A DNA stretch of 64,000 nucleotides, taken from positions 77,934,001 to 77,998,000 of the forward strand of contig OZ024740.1 in NCBI GenBank assembly GCA_964016885.1, written 5' to 3'. Source of the stretch: Eledone cirrhosa. Lineage: Eukaryota. Position numbers and translations under genes: made by a program. Of the stretch, positions 1 to 13,230 are shown in pieces (the first letter of the stretch is position 1; each line of letters starts with the position of its first letter). Under the pieces are notes generated by a model. It saw nothing but the letters and a program-made list of their open reading frames with translations. It did not search any database and was not told the origin of the DNA.

Positions 1-1159
1 ATAAACACATCTGGACATGAATAAATACCCATTAAAAAGGTCAGTTCTTTAGTAAACAGGGTAAGTAGGGCCCTACAATCATTCATACAGAACAATACAG
101 AAATAGCAATCCTGCAACAACAACATGGCAATGATACTCCTTTGAGAGCACTAAACAGAGTAAGTTTATAAGTGACTATCCCTAATTACCAATCCTCACA
201 TAATAGTAGATACCTTATCGTAAGTGAGAGACAGGTAAATTGACTATTTCTACCAGAGACCACTCCACCGTTCTACCTGGTGTTGCTATGCACACCACCT
301 CTTCTAAAATAACTGCACCCCAAACATTATTACCTGATCAATGATAAATGTAGGATAAGACGGGGTTTTTGTTCCTGAATCGTTTATCTAAGTTCACCCA
401 TTCATTTCTTGTCAACTGAACAAACGCATAGAGCGTGAAACGCCTTTAGTGACGGAGCGAATCAGCATGGAGTGAATATGTATATATAGATATAATACAT
501 GTGTGTGTGTGTGTGAAAGAGAGAGAGTAAGTACGTATGTATAAGTGTGTGTGTGTATGAGTGTGTCAGTGTGTAAGTTTCTGTGTGTGTGTGTGTGAGT
601 ATGTGTGTATATGTGTGTGAGCATGTAAGTGTGTGTGAATATATATGTATGTGTATGTGGGGGGGCGTATATGTGTTTGTAAGTGCGTGTGTAAATGTGT
701 TTGGGAATGAGTCTGTAAGTGTGTATGTGAAAATGTGTGTATGTGAACATGAATATGTATGTGTGTGTAAGGTATGTGTGTGTGAGCGTTTCACCGGAGA
801 AATCTTTCACGCTGTGATGTTCTGCTTGGTTAGGGTGAAACTTTCAATTGATATGTACAGTAGAATGCTGTGGTGTGTATAAAATCGATTAAATCGATAT
901 AAATGCTCGACTGGTGTCCATTTTACCAAGCTCGGAGTAGAAGAGAAGAAAGAGAAGTAAATAAGCAAAGAAGGAGAGAAGGAGAGAAGTAATGAAAAAA
1001 GGTTAGCGTTGTATAGAAAGAATAGTGACAGGAATAAGGATATGTGGGTGAGTAGAGATACAGAACAACAGTGACAGAGTGAAAGCAAGAGACGGGAGGA
1101 GGAGAAGCGGGTAGATTAATAGAAAGAGAGAGGAGGAGGCGAAGGGGTTTCAATCAATA

Positions 1160-1390
1160 GCGAAACGCGCGTAACCAATCAATCTAAACTATAATAAAGT
1201 AAGGAGCGCGGGACTGCGTACGGTTTATAATTTTTTATCTCATTGTAAAAGAAGTTGGATTACTTTGAATAAATAATGAATGAATATTACATAATTTATC
1301 TACTAAATTTCGTGACTGTTGATTAAATATATTTTGTTTATTTAAAGATTCACTTCTTTAAAATTTCTGAAATGTCAACACTTCCGGTTG
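1160..1390. promoter_or_regulatory. CpG-containing promoter-like patch (CCAAT box, E2F-like and ETS-like sites)
   Basis: CCAAT in AACCAATCA at 1175-1179, GCGCGGGA at 1206-1213, ACTTCCGG at 1380-1387; local CpG enrichment in AT-rich DNA. No transcript evidence. Confidence 0.3.
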
Positions 1391-1783
1391 GCCATCGATT
1401 AAATAAACATACTAATTTTCTGTCACTAATTTTCTCCTAATGCAGTTTATATATAATATCGTCTTTTTTTAATGTATCATGGATTACGTTACTGATTAAA
1501 TAAGACAGTGTAACACAGTCTTCGTTCAATTTCTATGGGGTGGTTTTTCTGCTAGTAAATGTAATGAAGGCTTAACAAATCGTCCTTGCATTATTATATA
1601 ACACTCTGTCTAGCTCTACACCTCGCCACTGACGTGAACCTAAACATCGAGTGCTCACCTGGGTGAACCTACAGTAACTATACGTTACACTCCCTGGGTA
1701 TATATATATATATATATATATATATAGGATAACAAGGTATCGTACAGCCAACCATGTTATTCTTCATTCTTTTGCTATATATT

Positions 1784-1890
<107 letters not shown>

Positions 1891-2074
1891 ATTAAAAAGT
1901 GTTGGGACTTGACGGCTGGGCTCAGATAGGAATTAGCTGATGAAACGGCAAGAGCTCAGCTGTCGGTTCATGACTCTTTATAATATAACCATACTCTGCT
2001 ACCCCAAGAATCGAATACTCTGTTGCGTAATGGTCTAATTAGTTTCAAACTGGTTCTATCCTGATACACACACA

Positions 2075-3697
2075 ACCTCTACAGTCAGGTGACAACTACA
2101 GATATCTGGGACAGGGTGAGAATGTCAGATATGATGGACCCATAAATAAGGAGAGAACCAGAACTGAATACCTCAGGAGAGTAAAGAAAATATGGTCATC
2201 AAGACTATCAGCGTACAACAAGTACATTGCCCACAATACTTATGCTGTGTCAATCCTAACACCAACATTTGGTCTGCTGAACTGATCATTGCCAGAACTA
2301 AGTGAGATGGATGTTAGAACTCGCAAGCTTCTCACTGTTACTGGAAACTTTAACATCAATGGTGATGTGGATAGGCTATACTTCTCACGCAAGGAAGGTG
2401 GCCGCTGTTTAAAATCCATATTAACATCATACGAGACCCGAATAGTAACACTGAAGCAACATCTTCAGCAAAAGAAAAAGGTCAGCAACTATCTTGCCTA
2501 GGTCGATGAGCTTCAAATCATTAGGATAGCCACTGATATGGAGGAGAGATATGGAATAAGACCTGATATAAATCTCTCTCCCAGGGAAATTGGAAGATCC
2601 TATTCAATGTTCGAACAAGATAAAAAAAAATGGACCAATTTACAGAGAAAGTTGTGCATGGGTACGTGAGACGAAAAAGACAGACCATAAATCATTCAAA
2701 AAGCTTGGCATGGAGTTCCGACAAGTTTACCCACCTTGAAGGATATCTCTATCCAATACAGGAACAAGAAATCCCTACCAAATATCTGCTACACAAGAGA
2801 AGAGGGCCATCAGTCGTCAATAAATGTAGGCTTTGTAAAACAAAAATCGAAGATGTTAGCCACATTGTTGCCAACTGCGAAAGAATGTCATCTCGTTACT
2901 ACCTCCCCAAGAGACACGATGTGATAGCTAGAACCATCTGTAGCGCACTTAGGGAAACAAAATTAAAAATAAATATGTTGAAATAGATGGCACTAAAGAA
3001 TACTGATGGAACCTGAAAATAAAAACTGACACCAAACACCAAATTAAAGCACAACCGGCCTGATATTGTTGTTTGGAACCACACATTGAAAACGTGCTCT
3101 GTTGTAGAGATCAACTACCCACTTGATGTCAACGTTGTAAGAAAAATACAATAGAAGGAGGACATTTACGGACCATTGATGAGTAGTTTGCAGATCCAGT
3201 ATTCAAGATACACCTTCAGCTTAATACCCATCATTATTGGAGCTACAGGGCGGTGGATTAGCAGTATCGGTAGAGGGTCGGACGCCATGCTTTGCAGCAT
3301 AGAGTTACGGCCCTTTATGATCTGAGTTCAAATCTCGCCGAGGTTAACTTTGCCTTTCATCCTAACGGGGTCGATAAAATAAAGTACCAGTCACGAACTG
3401 GGGTCGATTTAATCGACTTTCCCCACCCCCAAAATTGCTGGCCTTGTATAAGAAACTGTTATGGAGTTACAGGTTATATACCAACCCGCTTGGACCAAAG
3501 TATAACTGAACTTGCAGTTGTGGACAAAAAGCGCAGCTCCCTAATTCATAGACTACAAATGGCCATGGTATCTGGCACCTTCAAAATTTGCAAAACATTC
3601 TTGCGATTCAAGGGATGACAATTTCTTTTCTTTTACAACCTTGCCATCAGGAAGGTGGCCGGTCAAAAATGTACTCGAAATTAAGAGAAAAAGAAAC
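2075..3697 (+). mobile_element. 5'-truncated, decayed R4/Dong-like non-LTR retrotransposon (RT C-terminus, CCHC knuckle, restriction-like endonuclease)
   Basis: Broken frames give YLRRVKKIWSSRLSAYNK, DVRTRKLLT, DVDRLYFSRKEGGR, CRLCKTKIEDVSHIVANC, RHDVIAR, KHNRPDIVVWN and IPIIIGATG; stop at 3616-3618; begins at a (CA)n tract; interrupted by a SINE. Confidence 0.85.
3249..3462 (+). mobile_element. tRNA-derived SINE family A inserted in the R4-like LINE
   Basis: A-box-like TAGCAGTATCGG, B box GAGTTCAAATC, central GCCTTTCATCC..GGGGTCGATAAAATAAAGTACCAG; TSD GGAGCTACAGG (3239-3249) / GGAGTTACAGG (3463-3473). Confidence 0.9.
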
Positions 3698-3798
3698 AGA
3701 TATATAGGTTGATAGTTGGTTAGGTAGGTAGGTATGTAGGTAGGTAGGTAGATATATATATGTTCATGATATATATATATATATATATATATGTTCAT

Positions 3799-3850
<52 letters not shown>

Positions 3851-3852
3851 TC

Positions 3853-4815
3853 TTTATTTGCCACAGGGGTGTACAAAAATGGGACATTACAAGACGTGAC
3901 GGCGGGGGTTTTACATAAAAATAACTTTCACATTAATAAATAACAATAAACTATATATAATAAAATAACAATTGAAATCCCCAATAAGGGGAGAACATTA
4001 CTGCAGGGTTGTTTTACACCCCGTGGATAGAACAACCCTCAACACCAGGAACACGTTTTGTAGGTGTTCCTGTCTTCCCTCTGTTTATCTTCCTCAACCT
4101 ACAGGTTTATATACAGAGAAGGCCCATTCACTCGGGTCATTTTCACCACATTCACCCACCTTTCAGCGAATTTACTGGGGTGTAGCACCTCTCTCTCCAC
4201 TCTCACCTTCCTTCTGAAGTGGTACTTAAAGAAGGGGATAAGTTGTTGTCCGGAGAGAAAGGTGTTTGTCCCCAGTCCTTTTAACCTCGTCCACCATATT
4301 ACCTCTTTCACCATAGCCACCAGACAGAAGAAAATCGCCTCTCCTTCGTTCTTAAATGAAGGCAGCGGGGCGATCCTCACGATGGACTCGGCTGACAACT
4401 GGATGCGTCCCACACGTGACAGCAGCTGTTTGACATAATTCCACAGGTCGGTCACCCCTGGGCACTGAACAATTGCGTGCAGAACGGTTTCGATGTCCTG
4501 CTCGCATCTTGGACAGGTCCTTTTGGCAGGATCTCTGCCAGGGCGTCCGTGCCTGTAGGTTTTGTCTCGAACTGGTAGAGCTCCTCGGTAGCACTGCCAG
4601 GCCAGAGACCTCTGGAAGTTATCCATAGGCCCTGGACGGAAAGTCCTCCCGAACAAACTGGTCAGTTCGTCCTCCTCAATGCCTCGAGTTTCCACGAGAA
4701 CGTCGTCGCACTTATCCTCTACTAATCCCCTATAGAATGTCGAAGTGGAGTCTCCGCTGATTGCCGTTTCCGCTTGGTAAAGGGCTGTGAGCGCCTGTAG
4801 GCACTCGAGGTGCCA
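3853..4815 (-). mobile_element. 3' fragment of a Tx1/L1-like LINE (zf-RVT region plus 3' UTR)
   Basis: Open frame 4815-4099 with LAWQCYRGALPV and CPRCEQDIETVLHAIVQC; 3' UTR ends in AATAAA directly before (TATC)n. Confidence 0.85.
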
Positions 4816-4850
4816 GATAGATGGATGGATATATATATATATATATATAA

Positions 4851-4887
<37 letters not shown>

Positions 4888-5549
4888 ATGATAATAGATA
4901 GATAGTACAGATTTGTGATACATTGTCATGTGGTTTACGACTAAAGAATTAATTCACGACCAACTGGCCGGCACTGGAGACAGACATCATGATAAGGTGC
5001 ACTATTTTCCCATTTCTTTATGATGACTATGGAAGTAACATTGAAAGGTGCACAAAGCTATTCAGAGAAAACGAAGATCGGAAGACACCTGGTACTTATA
5101 CCGCTGCCTGCTTTTATGGATAACTTTACTACTATAGTATTGGGTCGTCAAGTATGAAATTTGTAGAAATTTATAGATAAAAAGAAATTTCTACAAATTT
5201 CATACTTGACGATCCCATAGAACTAAAGAGAAAATTGTAAACTGCCCTAGGTCGATTGGATATGTTATTTCTATAATATCAACTATATACCAAAGCCAAA
5301 TCACAGTCTGTCCGTAATGTGGGGGCAAGTTAAGGGATCCAGCTTTAAAAATAAAAAGAAGCTTATTCTATAGATCATGGACCTTAATTACAAGAGAGTT
5401 TAGGGTGAGGCATTATCAATATCTTAACGAAGTCTTTTGACAATGTTCTTATGTGCACTTTAAAAATTTGTCGATCGACTTTCGTCAAATCGGACCGAGG
5501 AAACAATGTTTCCGTTGGTCCTTCCAATTGCTAATACTATCTATCGGTC

Positions 5550-5690
5550 GCAACTCCAGGTAGAAGGAGCAACGTGAAATAAAGTGTCTTGCTCAAGGAT
5601 ATAACGCATCGCCCGGTCCAGGAATCGAACTGACAACCTCAAGATTGCGAATCCAGTTCTCTAACCAATCAGCCACGTGCCTTCCACAGA
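5550..5690 (-). mobile_element. tRNA-derived SINE family B (head plus CORE-like block)
   Basis: Minus strand TGGCTGATTGG (A box), GTTCGATTCC (B box), then TCCTTGAGCAAGACACTTTATTTCAC shared with other family-B copies. Confidence 0.8.
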
Positions 5691-6765
5691 ACTTGAAGTG
5701 CACGAAATACAGTTGACAAGAGACAAAATTATACACCGGGGCTAGAACAGGGATTTCAAACTGAATGACTCAAAAGCGCCATTACGTCCTGATTTCCACC
5801 AGTTATACTAATATGCAATACAGCTCATAGGCTGCTACACCCCCCTTTTTTTTCATCAAAATGAATAGGCATATGATAATAAGTAGGATTTGTGAATTAG
5901 TACAAAATGTAAGGAAACAAATATTCTGTTTCAAATTTTCTTTTGTTCTGCCGTGGGCTGCAAAAAAAAAGTTTATAGACCATGTTTTTGAGAAGCCTGT
6001 ACTAGAATGATATCGATGTCTAGGTTTGGACACTGTTGGAACATGTGCCAGTATGCAAGTCAGTAAGGTTCCACTGAAATGTGTTGCTGAGTAAAGATGG
6101 TCCCCAGACTCTATGTCGCCATACTTTTCACCAGATTAATTTAGTATACGCTAAAATATTTCTTTCTAAAAAAAAATTATTTTCTCGTTAAAATTAATTC
6201 AATTGTTTAAAAAAGAAGTTTATTTGTATTAACTTTATTTTCATTTAAATAGTAAAATAAATGTATGTTTCCGGTGATGAAACATCCATCCGGCCATGGT
6301 GAAGATTTATGAATCAGTCATAGACGCTCCAAATAAAAGGAAAGGCAAAAAAAAGGGGGCCGATCGTTAGATCAGGTCAAGGAAACTATATTCCCATTAA
6401 TCTTGCCATTGCTGATACTATCTGTGAGTCACAACTCCTGGTAGAAGGAAGCGGGGCTTAAAATCAAAAGGCACAGAGCCGGATCAGATACCAGAAAGTC
6501 AGACCATTTAATAATTCCACCAATCGACCGCCTTGAGACTGGCACTTTATTTATAAACATACATATGACGAAAGGTAAATTTGCCTTCGGAAGCAGAGTG
6601 CCATTAAGATGATCCGATCAACCAGACATCGAGGCCTTGCTTAAATATTCCAATTGGTTAAAACAGTACTATTAAGTTGGTTCAGTGAAGACGGTCAAGT
6701 TGAGACAGAGTTCAAACGCGTATGGATGGTTCAGGTTAAAGAAGGTTTAGTGGTGGTGGTGGTGG

Positions 6766-6977
6766 AGAAGAAGAAGAAGAAGAAGAAGAAGAAGAAGAAG
6801 AAGAAGAAGAAGAAGAAGAACGAGATGAGAGTAAAAAAAGATGAACGAGATCGACAAGGGAGAGAAGAGAGAGGGAACGAAAACAAATGTTTGCACTTAC
6901 AAAGCAAAATATTAAGGAACAAACAAAAACAAAGGGATGGATATCTATTAAGGATCAACTCACTTCTTCCTACCACC

Positions 6978-7013
<36 letters not shown>

Positions 7014-7157
7014 CTACTACTAATGCTGCTACTGCTGTTGTTACTACTACTACTACTACTCTACTGCTGCTGCTACTGCTACTGCTGTTGCTACTACTAC
7101 TACTACTAATGCTGCTGCCATTGCTGCTGCTGCTGCTACTACTTCTACTACTACTGC

Positions 7158-7197
<40 letters not shown>

Positions 7198-7224
7198 ACA
7201 ACTACTACTGCTGCTACCACCACC

Positions 7225-7264
<40 letters not shown>

Positions 7265-7285
7265 TACCACCAACACTACCATGAC
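6766..7285. repeat. (GAA)n and mixed (CTA/CTG/CCA)n trinucleotide tracts
   Basis: Seen directly; explains the poly-K/T/L/A ORFs. Confidence 0.95.
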
Positions 7286-7655
7286 CAGTACTTCTCACAC
7301 AGACAGACAGAGACATAGTTGTGTTAAAATAATTAGATCTCTCTAGTTCACGACATCTGTACCTGCCACCCCCACTGCAACATCATCCACCCGTCACCCA
7401 CCCGACACCCACCCGACATCCACCCGACATTCACCCACTTTCGCCTCATCAACGACGTTGATTAAAAGTCTCCTCGGCTTTTAAAAGTTCGCCGTTTTAC
7501 AACGGGTGAGTAGTGTGAAGACAAAAGATGGCGGCGACGGTGGTCGTCGTGGTGGTGATGGTGGTGGTTGCGGTGGCAGCGGTGACAGAGGCGGTAGCGC
7601 GGCTCGGCGGCGATGATGATGTTGTTGTCGTTGAGGTAGTATAATTTAAGTGGTT

Positions 7656-8824
7656 AGGGCGGTGGATTGGCAGTATCGGTAGAGGGTCGGACGCCACGCT
7701 TTGACGCATAGAGTTACGGCCCTTTTCATTCTGAGTTCAAATCCTACCGAGGTTAACTTTGCCTTTCATCCTCACGGAGTTGATAAAACAAAGTACCAGT
7801 AATGCACTGGGGTAATTACTGTCCTTGTTCCAAAAGTAGAAACAATTATTTAGCATTTACATTACTTTATATATACTATTGTATTTTGTGTTAAATATCC
7901 TATCGTACATAATTATCTCACATGATATCGAATCTATGAGATATTAATATTATTTACAGGTGGATTGGCAGTATCGGTAGAGGATCGGACGCCATGCTTT
8001 ACAGCATAGTTACGTCCCTTTACGGTCTGAGTTCAAATCCCGCCGCGGTTAACTTTGCCTTTCATCCTTTCGGGGTCGATAAAATAAAGTACCAGTAATG
8101 CACTGAGATAACTTCTGGCCTTGTGCCAAAAGTAGAAACAATTATTTATTTTAAGAACAATACCTTAACGTCAGTATGAGCAGTCATTTATGTCGGTCTG
8201 GATAGAAAGAGGTGAGAGAATTCTGGCCGGATATGGCCGGTTTAAATGCTAATGGGTTAAGGGCGGTGGATTGGCAGTATCGGTAGAGCGTCGGACAATA
8301 TGCTTAGACTTACGGCTCTTTACGCTCTGAGTTCAAATCCCACCGAGGTTAGCTTTGCCTTTTATACTTATGAGGTCGATAAAATAAAGCACCAGTAATG
8401 CACTGGGGGCCATTTAATCGACTTTCCACTGCCAAAAATTACTGGCCTTGTGCCTAAATCAGAAACCATTATTGAAGTGGTTTGTTGTTCCTCCATCAGT
8501 TACGACGATGAGTGTTCCACTTGTTTGACTAACTGAACAGCTTTCTCTTGAAATTAACGTGCAAGTCGCTGAGCATTCCATAGACACGTGTACTCTTTAC
8601 CTACGGTATTTCCCGGCGTCGAAAACGCTACTTTTTTCGGTGGATTGGCAGTATCGGTAGAGGGTCCGACGCCATGCTTTGACGCATAGAGTTACGCCCC
8701 TTGCCATTCTGAGTTCAAATCCCGCCGAGGTTAACTTTGCCTTTCATCCTTACGGGGTCGATAAAATAAAGTACCAGTAATGCACTGGGTAATTGCTCGC
8801 CTTGGGCCAAAAGTACAAACAATT
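7656..8824 (+). mobile_element. Cluster of four family-A SINEs (about 7656-7850, 7958-8147, 8261-8472, 8639-8824) interleaved with a piggyBac-type MITE (about 7848-8260)
   Basis: Repeated GGTGGATTGGCAGTATCGGTAGAG heads and GCCTTGTGCCAAAAGTAGAAACAATTATT-type tails; the MITE halves match the 38.5-39.1 kb and 56.7 kb copies and end ...AAATGCTAATGGGTTAA. Confidence 0.9.
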
Positions 8825-8924
8825 CTTTTTCTTCAAAATTTTGGTTGTCAAAATTAGAGTGTGTCCTCGAGGACGAAGCGTCTTCGGCGCCGGGAATTCT
8901 AAGGGAGATTCAGCTGGCCCTTTC

Positions 8925-9035
8925 AATTACAGACGCAACTCAATTTTCCAGCTGTGTGAACTGGAGCAACATGAAATAAAGTGTTCTGTTCAAGGACACA
9001 ATGTGCCGGCCGGTCTGGGAATCGAACTAATGACT
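8925..9035 (-). mobile_element. Family-B SINE fragment, head lost at the satellite junction
   Basis: GAAATAAAGTGTTCTGTTCAAGGACACAA and GGAATCGAACT (reverse B box). Confidence 0.7.
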
Positions 9036-12000
9036 GTGGTGCAGGGGGTAGTAGCGGTGGTAGTGGTATGGTGGTGGTGGTAATGGTGGTAATGGTGGTA
9101 GTGGTGATGATGGTGGTAGTGGTGGTAATGGTGATAATGGTGTTGATAGTGGTAGTGGTGGTGGTGGTAGTGGTGGTGGTGGTAGTGTTGGTGGTAGTGG
9201 TGTTGATTGTGGTGATGGTGGTGGTGGTGGTAGTGGTGTTGATTGTGGTAGTGGTGGTAATGGTGGTAGTGGTGGTGATGGTGGTAGTGGTGGTGATGGT
9301 GGTAGTGGTGGTAATGGTGATGATGGTAGTAGTGGTTATGATGGGGGTAGTGGTGGTGATGGTGGTAGCGGTGATGATGGTGGTAGTGGTGGTGATGGTG
9401 GTAGTGGTGATGATGGTGGTAGTGGTGGTGATGGTGGTAGTGGTGGTGATGGTGGTAGTGGTGATAATGGTGGTAGTGGTGGTGATGGTGGTAGCGGTGA
9501 TGATGGTGGTAGTGGTGGTGATGGTGGTAGTGGTGGTGATGGTGGTAGTGGTGGTGATAGTGGTAGTGGTGGTGATGGTGGTAGTGGTGGTGATAGTGGT
9601 AGTGGTGATGATGGTGGTAGTGGTGGTGATAGTGGTAGTGGTGGTAATGGTGGTAGTGGTGGTGATGGTGGTAGTGGTGGTGATGGTGGTGGTAGTGGTG
9701 GTGATGGTGGTAGTGGTGGTGATGGTGGTAGTGGTGGTGATGGTGGTAGTGGTGGTGATGGTGGTATTGGTGGTAATGGTGGTAGTGGTGGTGATAGTGG
9801 TAGTGGTGGTGATGGTGGTAGTGGTGGTGATAGTGGTAGTGGTGATGATGGTGGTAGTGGTGGTGATGGTGGTAGTGGTTGTGATGGTGGAAGTGGTGGT
9901 GATGGTGGTAGTGGTGATGATGGTGGTAGTGGTGGTGATGGTGGAAGTGGTGGTGATGGTGGTAGTGGTGGTGATGGTGGTAGTGGTGGTATGGTGGTAG
10001 TGGTGATGATGGTGGTAGTGGTGGTGATGGTGGTAGTGGTGGTGATAGTGGTAGTGGTGATGATGGTGGTAGTGGTGGTAATGGAGGTAGTGGTGGTGAT
10101 GGTGGTGGTGATGGTGGTAGTGGTGGTAATGGTGGTAATGGTGATGATGGTAGTAGTGGTGATGATGGTGGTAGTGGTGGTGATGGTGGTAGCGGTGATG
10201 ATGGTGGTAGTGGTGGTAATGGTGGTAGTGGTGATGATGGTGGTAGTGGTGGTGATGGTGATAATGGTGTTGATAGTGGTAGTGGTGGTGATAGTGGTAG
10301 TGGTGGTGATGGTGGTAGTGGTGGTAATAGTGGTAGTGGTGATGATGGTGGTAGTGGTGGTGATAGTGGTAGTGGTGGTAATGGTGGTGGTGGTAGTGGT
10401 GGTGATGGTGGTGATGGTGGTAGTGGTGATGATGGTGGTAGTGGTGGTGATGGTGGTAGTGGTGGTGATGGTGGTAGTGGTGGTAATGGTGGTAATGGTG
10501 ATGATGGTAGTAGTGGTGATGATGGTGGTAGTGGTGGTGATGGTGGTAGCGGTGATGATGGTGGTAGTGGTGGTAATGGTGGTAGTGGTGATGATGGTGG
10601 TAGTGGTGATGGTGGTAGAGGTGGTGATGGTGGTAGTGGTGGTGATAGTGGTAGTGGTGGTGATGGTGGTAGTGGTGGTAATAGTGGTAGTGGTGATGAT
10701 GGTGGTAGTGGTGGTGATAGTGGTAGTGGTGGTAATGGTGGTAGTGGTGATAGTGGTAGTGGTGGTGATGGTGGTAGTGGTGGTGATGGTGGTAGTGGTG
10801 GTAATGGTGGTAGTGATGATGATGGTGGTAGTGGTGGTAATGGTGGTAGTGGTGGTGATAGTGGTAGTGGTGGTGATGGTGGTAGTGGTAGTGGTGATGA
10901 TGGTGGTAGTGGTGGTGATGGTGGAAGTGGTGGTGATGGTGGTAGTGGTGGTGATGGTGGTAGTGGTGGTATGGTGGTAGTGGTGATGATGGTGGTAGTG
11001 GTGGTGATGGTGGTAGTGGTGGTGATGGTGGTAGTGGTGGTGATGGTGGTAGCGGTGGTAATGGTGGTAGTGGTGGTGATAGTGGTAGTGGTGGTGATGG
11101 TGGTAGTGGTGGTGATGGTGGTAGCGGTGATGATGGGGGTAGTGGTGGTAATGGTAGTAGTGGTGATGATGGTGGTAGTGGTGGTGATGGTGGTAGTGGT
11201 GGTGATGGTGGTAGTGGTGGTAATGGTGGTCGTGGTGGTAGTGGTGATGATGGTGGTAGTGGTGATGATGGTGGTAGTGGTGGTAATGGTGGTAGTGGTG
11301 GTGATAGTGGTAGTGGTGATGATGGTGGTAGTGGTGATGATGGTGGTAGTGGTGGTGATGGTGGTAGTGGTGGTGATGGTGGTAGTGGTGGTGATGGTGG
11401 TAGTGGTGGTGATGGTGGTAGTGGTGATGATGGTGGTAGTGGTGGTGATGGTGGTAGTGGTGGTAATGGTGGTAGTGGTGGTGATAGTGGTAGTGGTGAT
11501 GATGGTGGTAGTGGTGGTGATGGTGGTAGTGGTGGTAATGGTGGTAGTGGTGGTGATAGTGGTAGTGGTGATGATGGTGGTAGTGGTGGTGATGGTGGTA
11601 GTGGTGGTGATGGTGGTAGTGGTGGTGATGGTGGTAGTGGTGATGATGGTGGTAGTGGTGGTGATGGTGGTGGTGGTGGTAATGGTGGTAGTGGTGGTGA
11701 TAGTGGTAGTGGTGATGATGGTGGTAGTGGTGGTGATGGTGGTAGTGGTGGTGATGGTGGTAGTGGTGTTGATGGTGGTAGTGGTGGTAATGGTGGTAGT
11801 GGTGGTGATAGTGGTAGTGGTGATGATGGTGGTAGTGGTGGTGATGGTGGTAGTGGTGGTGATGGTGGTAGTGGTGATGATGGTGGTAGTGGTGGTGATG
11901 GTGGTAGTGGTGGTGATAGTGGTAGTGGTGATGATGGTGGTAGTGGTGGTGATGGTGGTAGTGGTGGTGATGGTGGTAGTGGTGGTGATGGTGGTAGTGG

Positions 12001-13230
12001 TGATGATGGTGGTAGTGGTGGTGATGGTGGTAGTGGTGGTAGTGGTGGTAGTGGTGGTGATAGTGGTAGTGGTGGTAGTGGTGGTAGTGGTGGTGATAGT
12101 GGTAGTGGTGATGATGGTGGTAGTGGTGGTGATGGTGGTAGTGGTGGTGATGGTGGTAGTGGTGGTGATGGTGGTAGTGGTGATGATGGTGGTAGTGGTG
12201 TTGATGGTGGTAGTGGTGGTAATGGTGGTAGTGGTGGTGATAGTGGTAGTGGTGATGATGGTGGTAGTGGTGGTGATGGTGGTAGTGGTGGTGATGGTGG
12301 TAGTGGTGGTGATGGTGATAGTGGTGATGATGGTGGTAGTGGTGGTGATGGTGGTAGTGGTGGTAATGGTGGTAGTGGTGGTAGTGGTGGTAATGGTGGT
12401 AGTGGTGGTGATGGTGGTAGTGGTGGTAATGGTGGTAGTGGTGGTGATGGTGGTAGTGGTGATGATGGTGGTAGTGGTGGTAATGGTGTTGATGGTGGTA
12501 GTGGTGGTGATGGTGGTAGTGGTGGTGATGGTGGTAGTGGTGGTGATAGTGGTAGTGGTGGTGATGGTGGTGATGGTGGTAGTGGTGGTAATGGTGGTAG
12601 TGGTGATGATGGTGGTAGTGGTGTTGATGGTGGTAGTGGTGGTAATGGTGGTAGTGGTGATGATGGTGGTAGTGGTTGTGATGGTGGTAGTGGTGGTAAT
12701 GGTGGTAGTTTTGGTGATGGTGGTAGTGGTGATGATGGTGGTAGTGGTGGTGATGGTGGTAGTGGTGGTAATTGTGGTAGTGGTGGTGATAGTGGTAGTG
12801 GTGATGATGGTGGTAGTGGTGGTGATGGTGGTAGTGGTGGTAATGGTGGTAGTTTTGGTGATGGTGGTAGTGGTGGTGATGGTGGTAGTGGTGGTAATGG
12901 TGGTAGTGGTGGTGATAGTGGTAGTGGTGGTGATAGTGGTAGTGGTGGTGATGGTGGTAGTGGTGGTAATGGTGGTAGTGGTGATGATGGTGGTAGTGGC
13001 TCTTGTGATGGTCATAGTGGTTGTGGTGGTGGTGATGTAATGGCGGTAGTGCTAGAGTAATAAGGGTAGTGGTTGCTATGTTAGGTGTAATGATTGCGGT
13101 GTTGTGTGTGACAGCAGTAAAGACTGTGGTGATATTTGTTGAGATAGTGTAGTGGTAGTGAAAGTGATGGCAATTGTGGTAGTGATTGTGACTGTTGTGT
13201 AGGTGGCGGTAGTGGTAGTGGTTGTGGTAT
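9036..13230. repeat. About 4.2-kb (GGT)-derived minisatellite, 18-bp unit GGTGGTAGTGGTGGTGAT
   Basis: Seen directly; explains the poly-V, poly-T/I, poly-P and poly-H ORFs. Confidence 0.97.

Noticed and set aside
1935-1950. CTGATGAAAC as a hammerhead core
   Set aside because: Other family copies read CTGTTGAAAC or CTGTCGAAAC; a point mutation.
3249-3340. tRNA genes at A/B-box-containing heads
   Set aside because: No cloverleaf or acceptor stem; each continues into a SINE body.
7346-7540. Coding exon ending at GG|GTGAGT, and the AAGATGGCGGC start/YY1-like word
   Set aside because: All three frames contain stops and the ATG runs into low-complexity sequence.
8990-13040. 1341-aa mucin/extensin/His-rich ORF and poly-Val ORFs
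   Set aside because: Translations of a triplet satellite; composition switches at 1-bp slips and the ORF ends inside a SINE.
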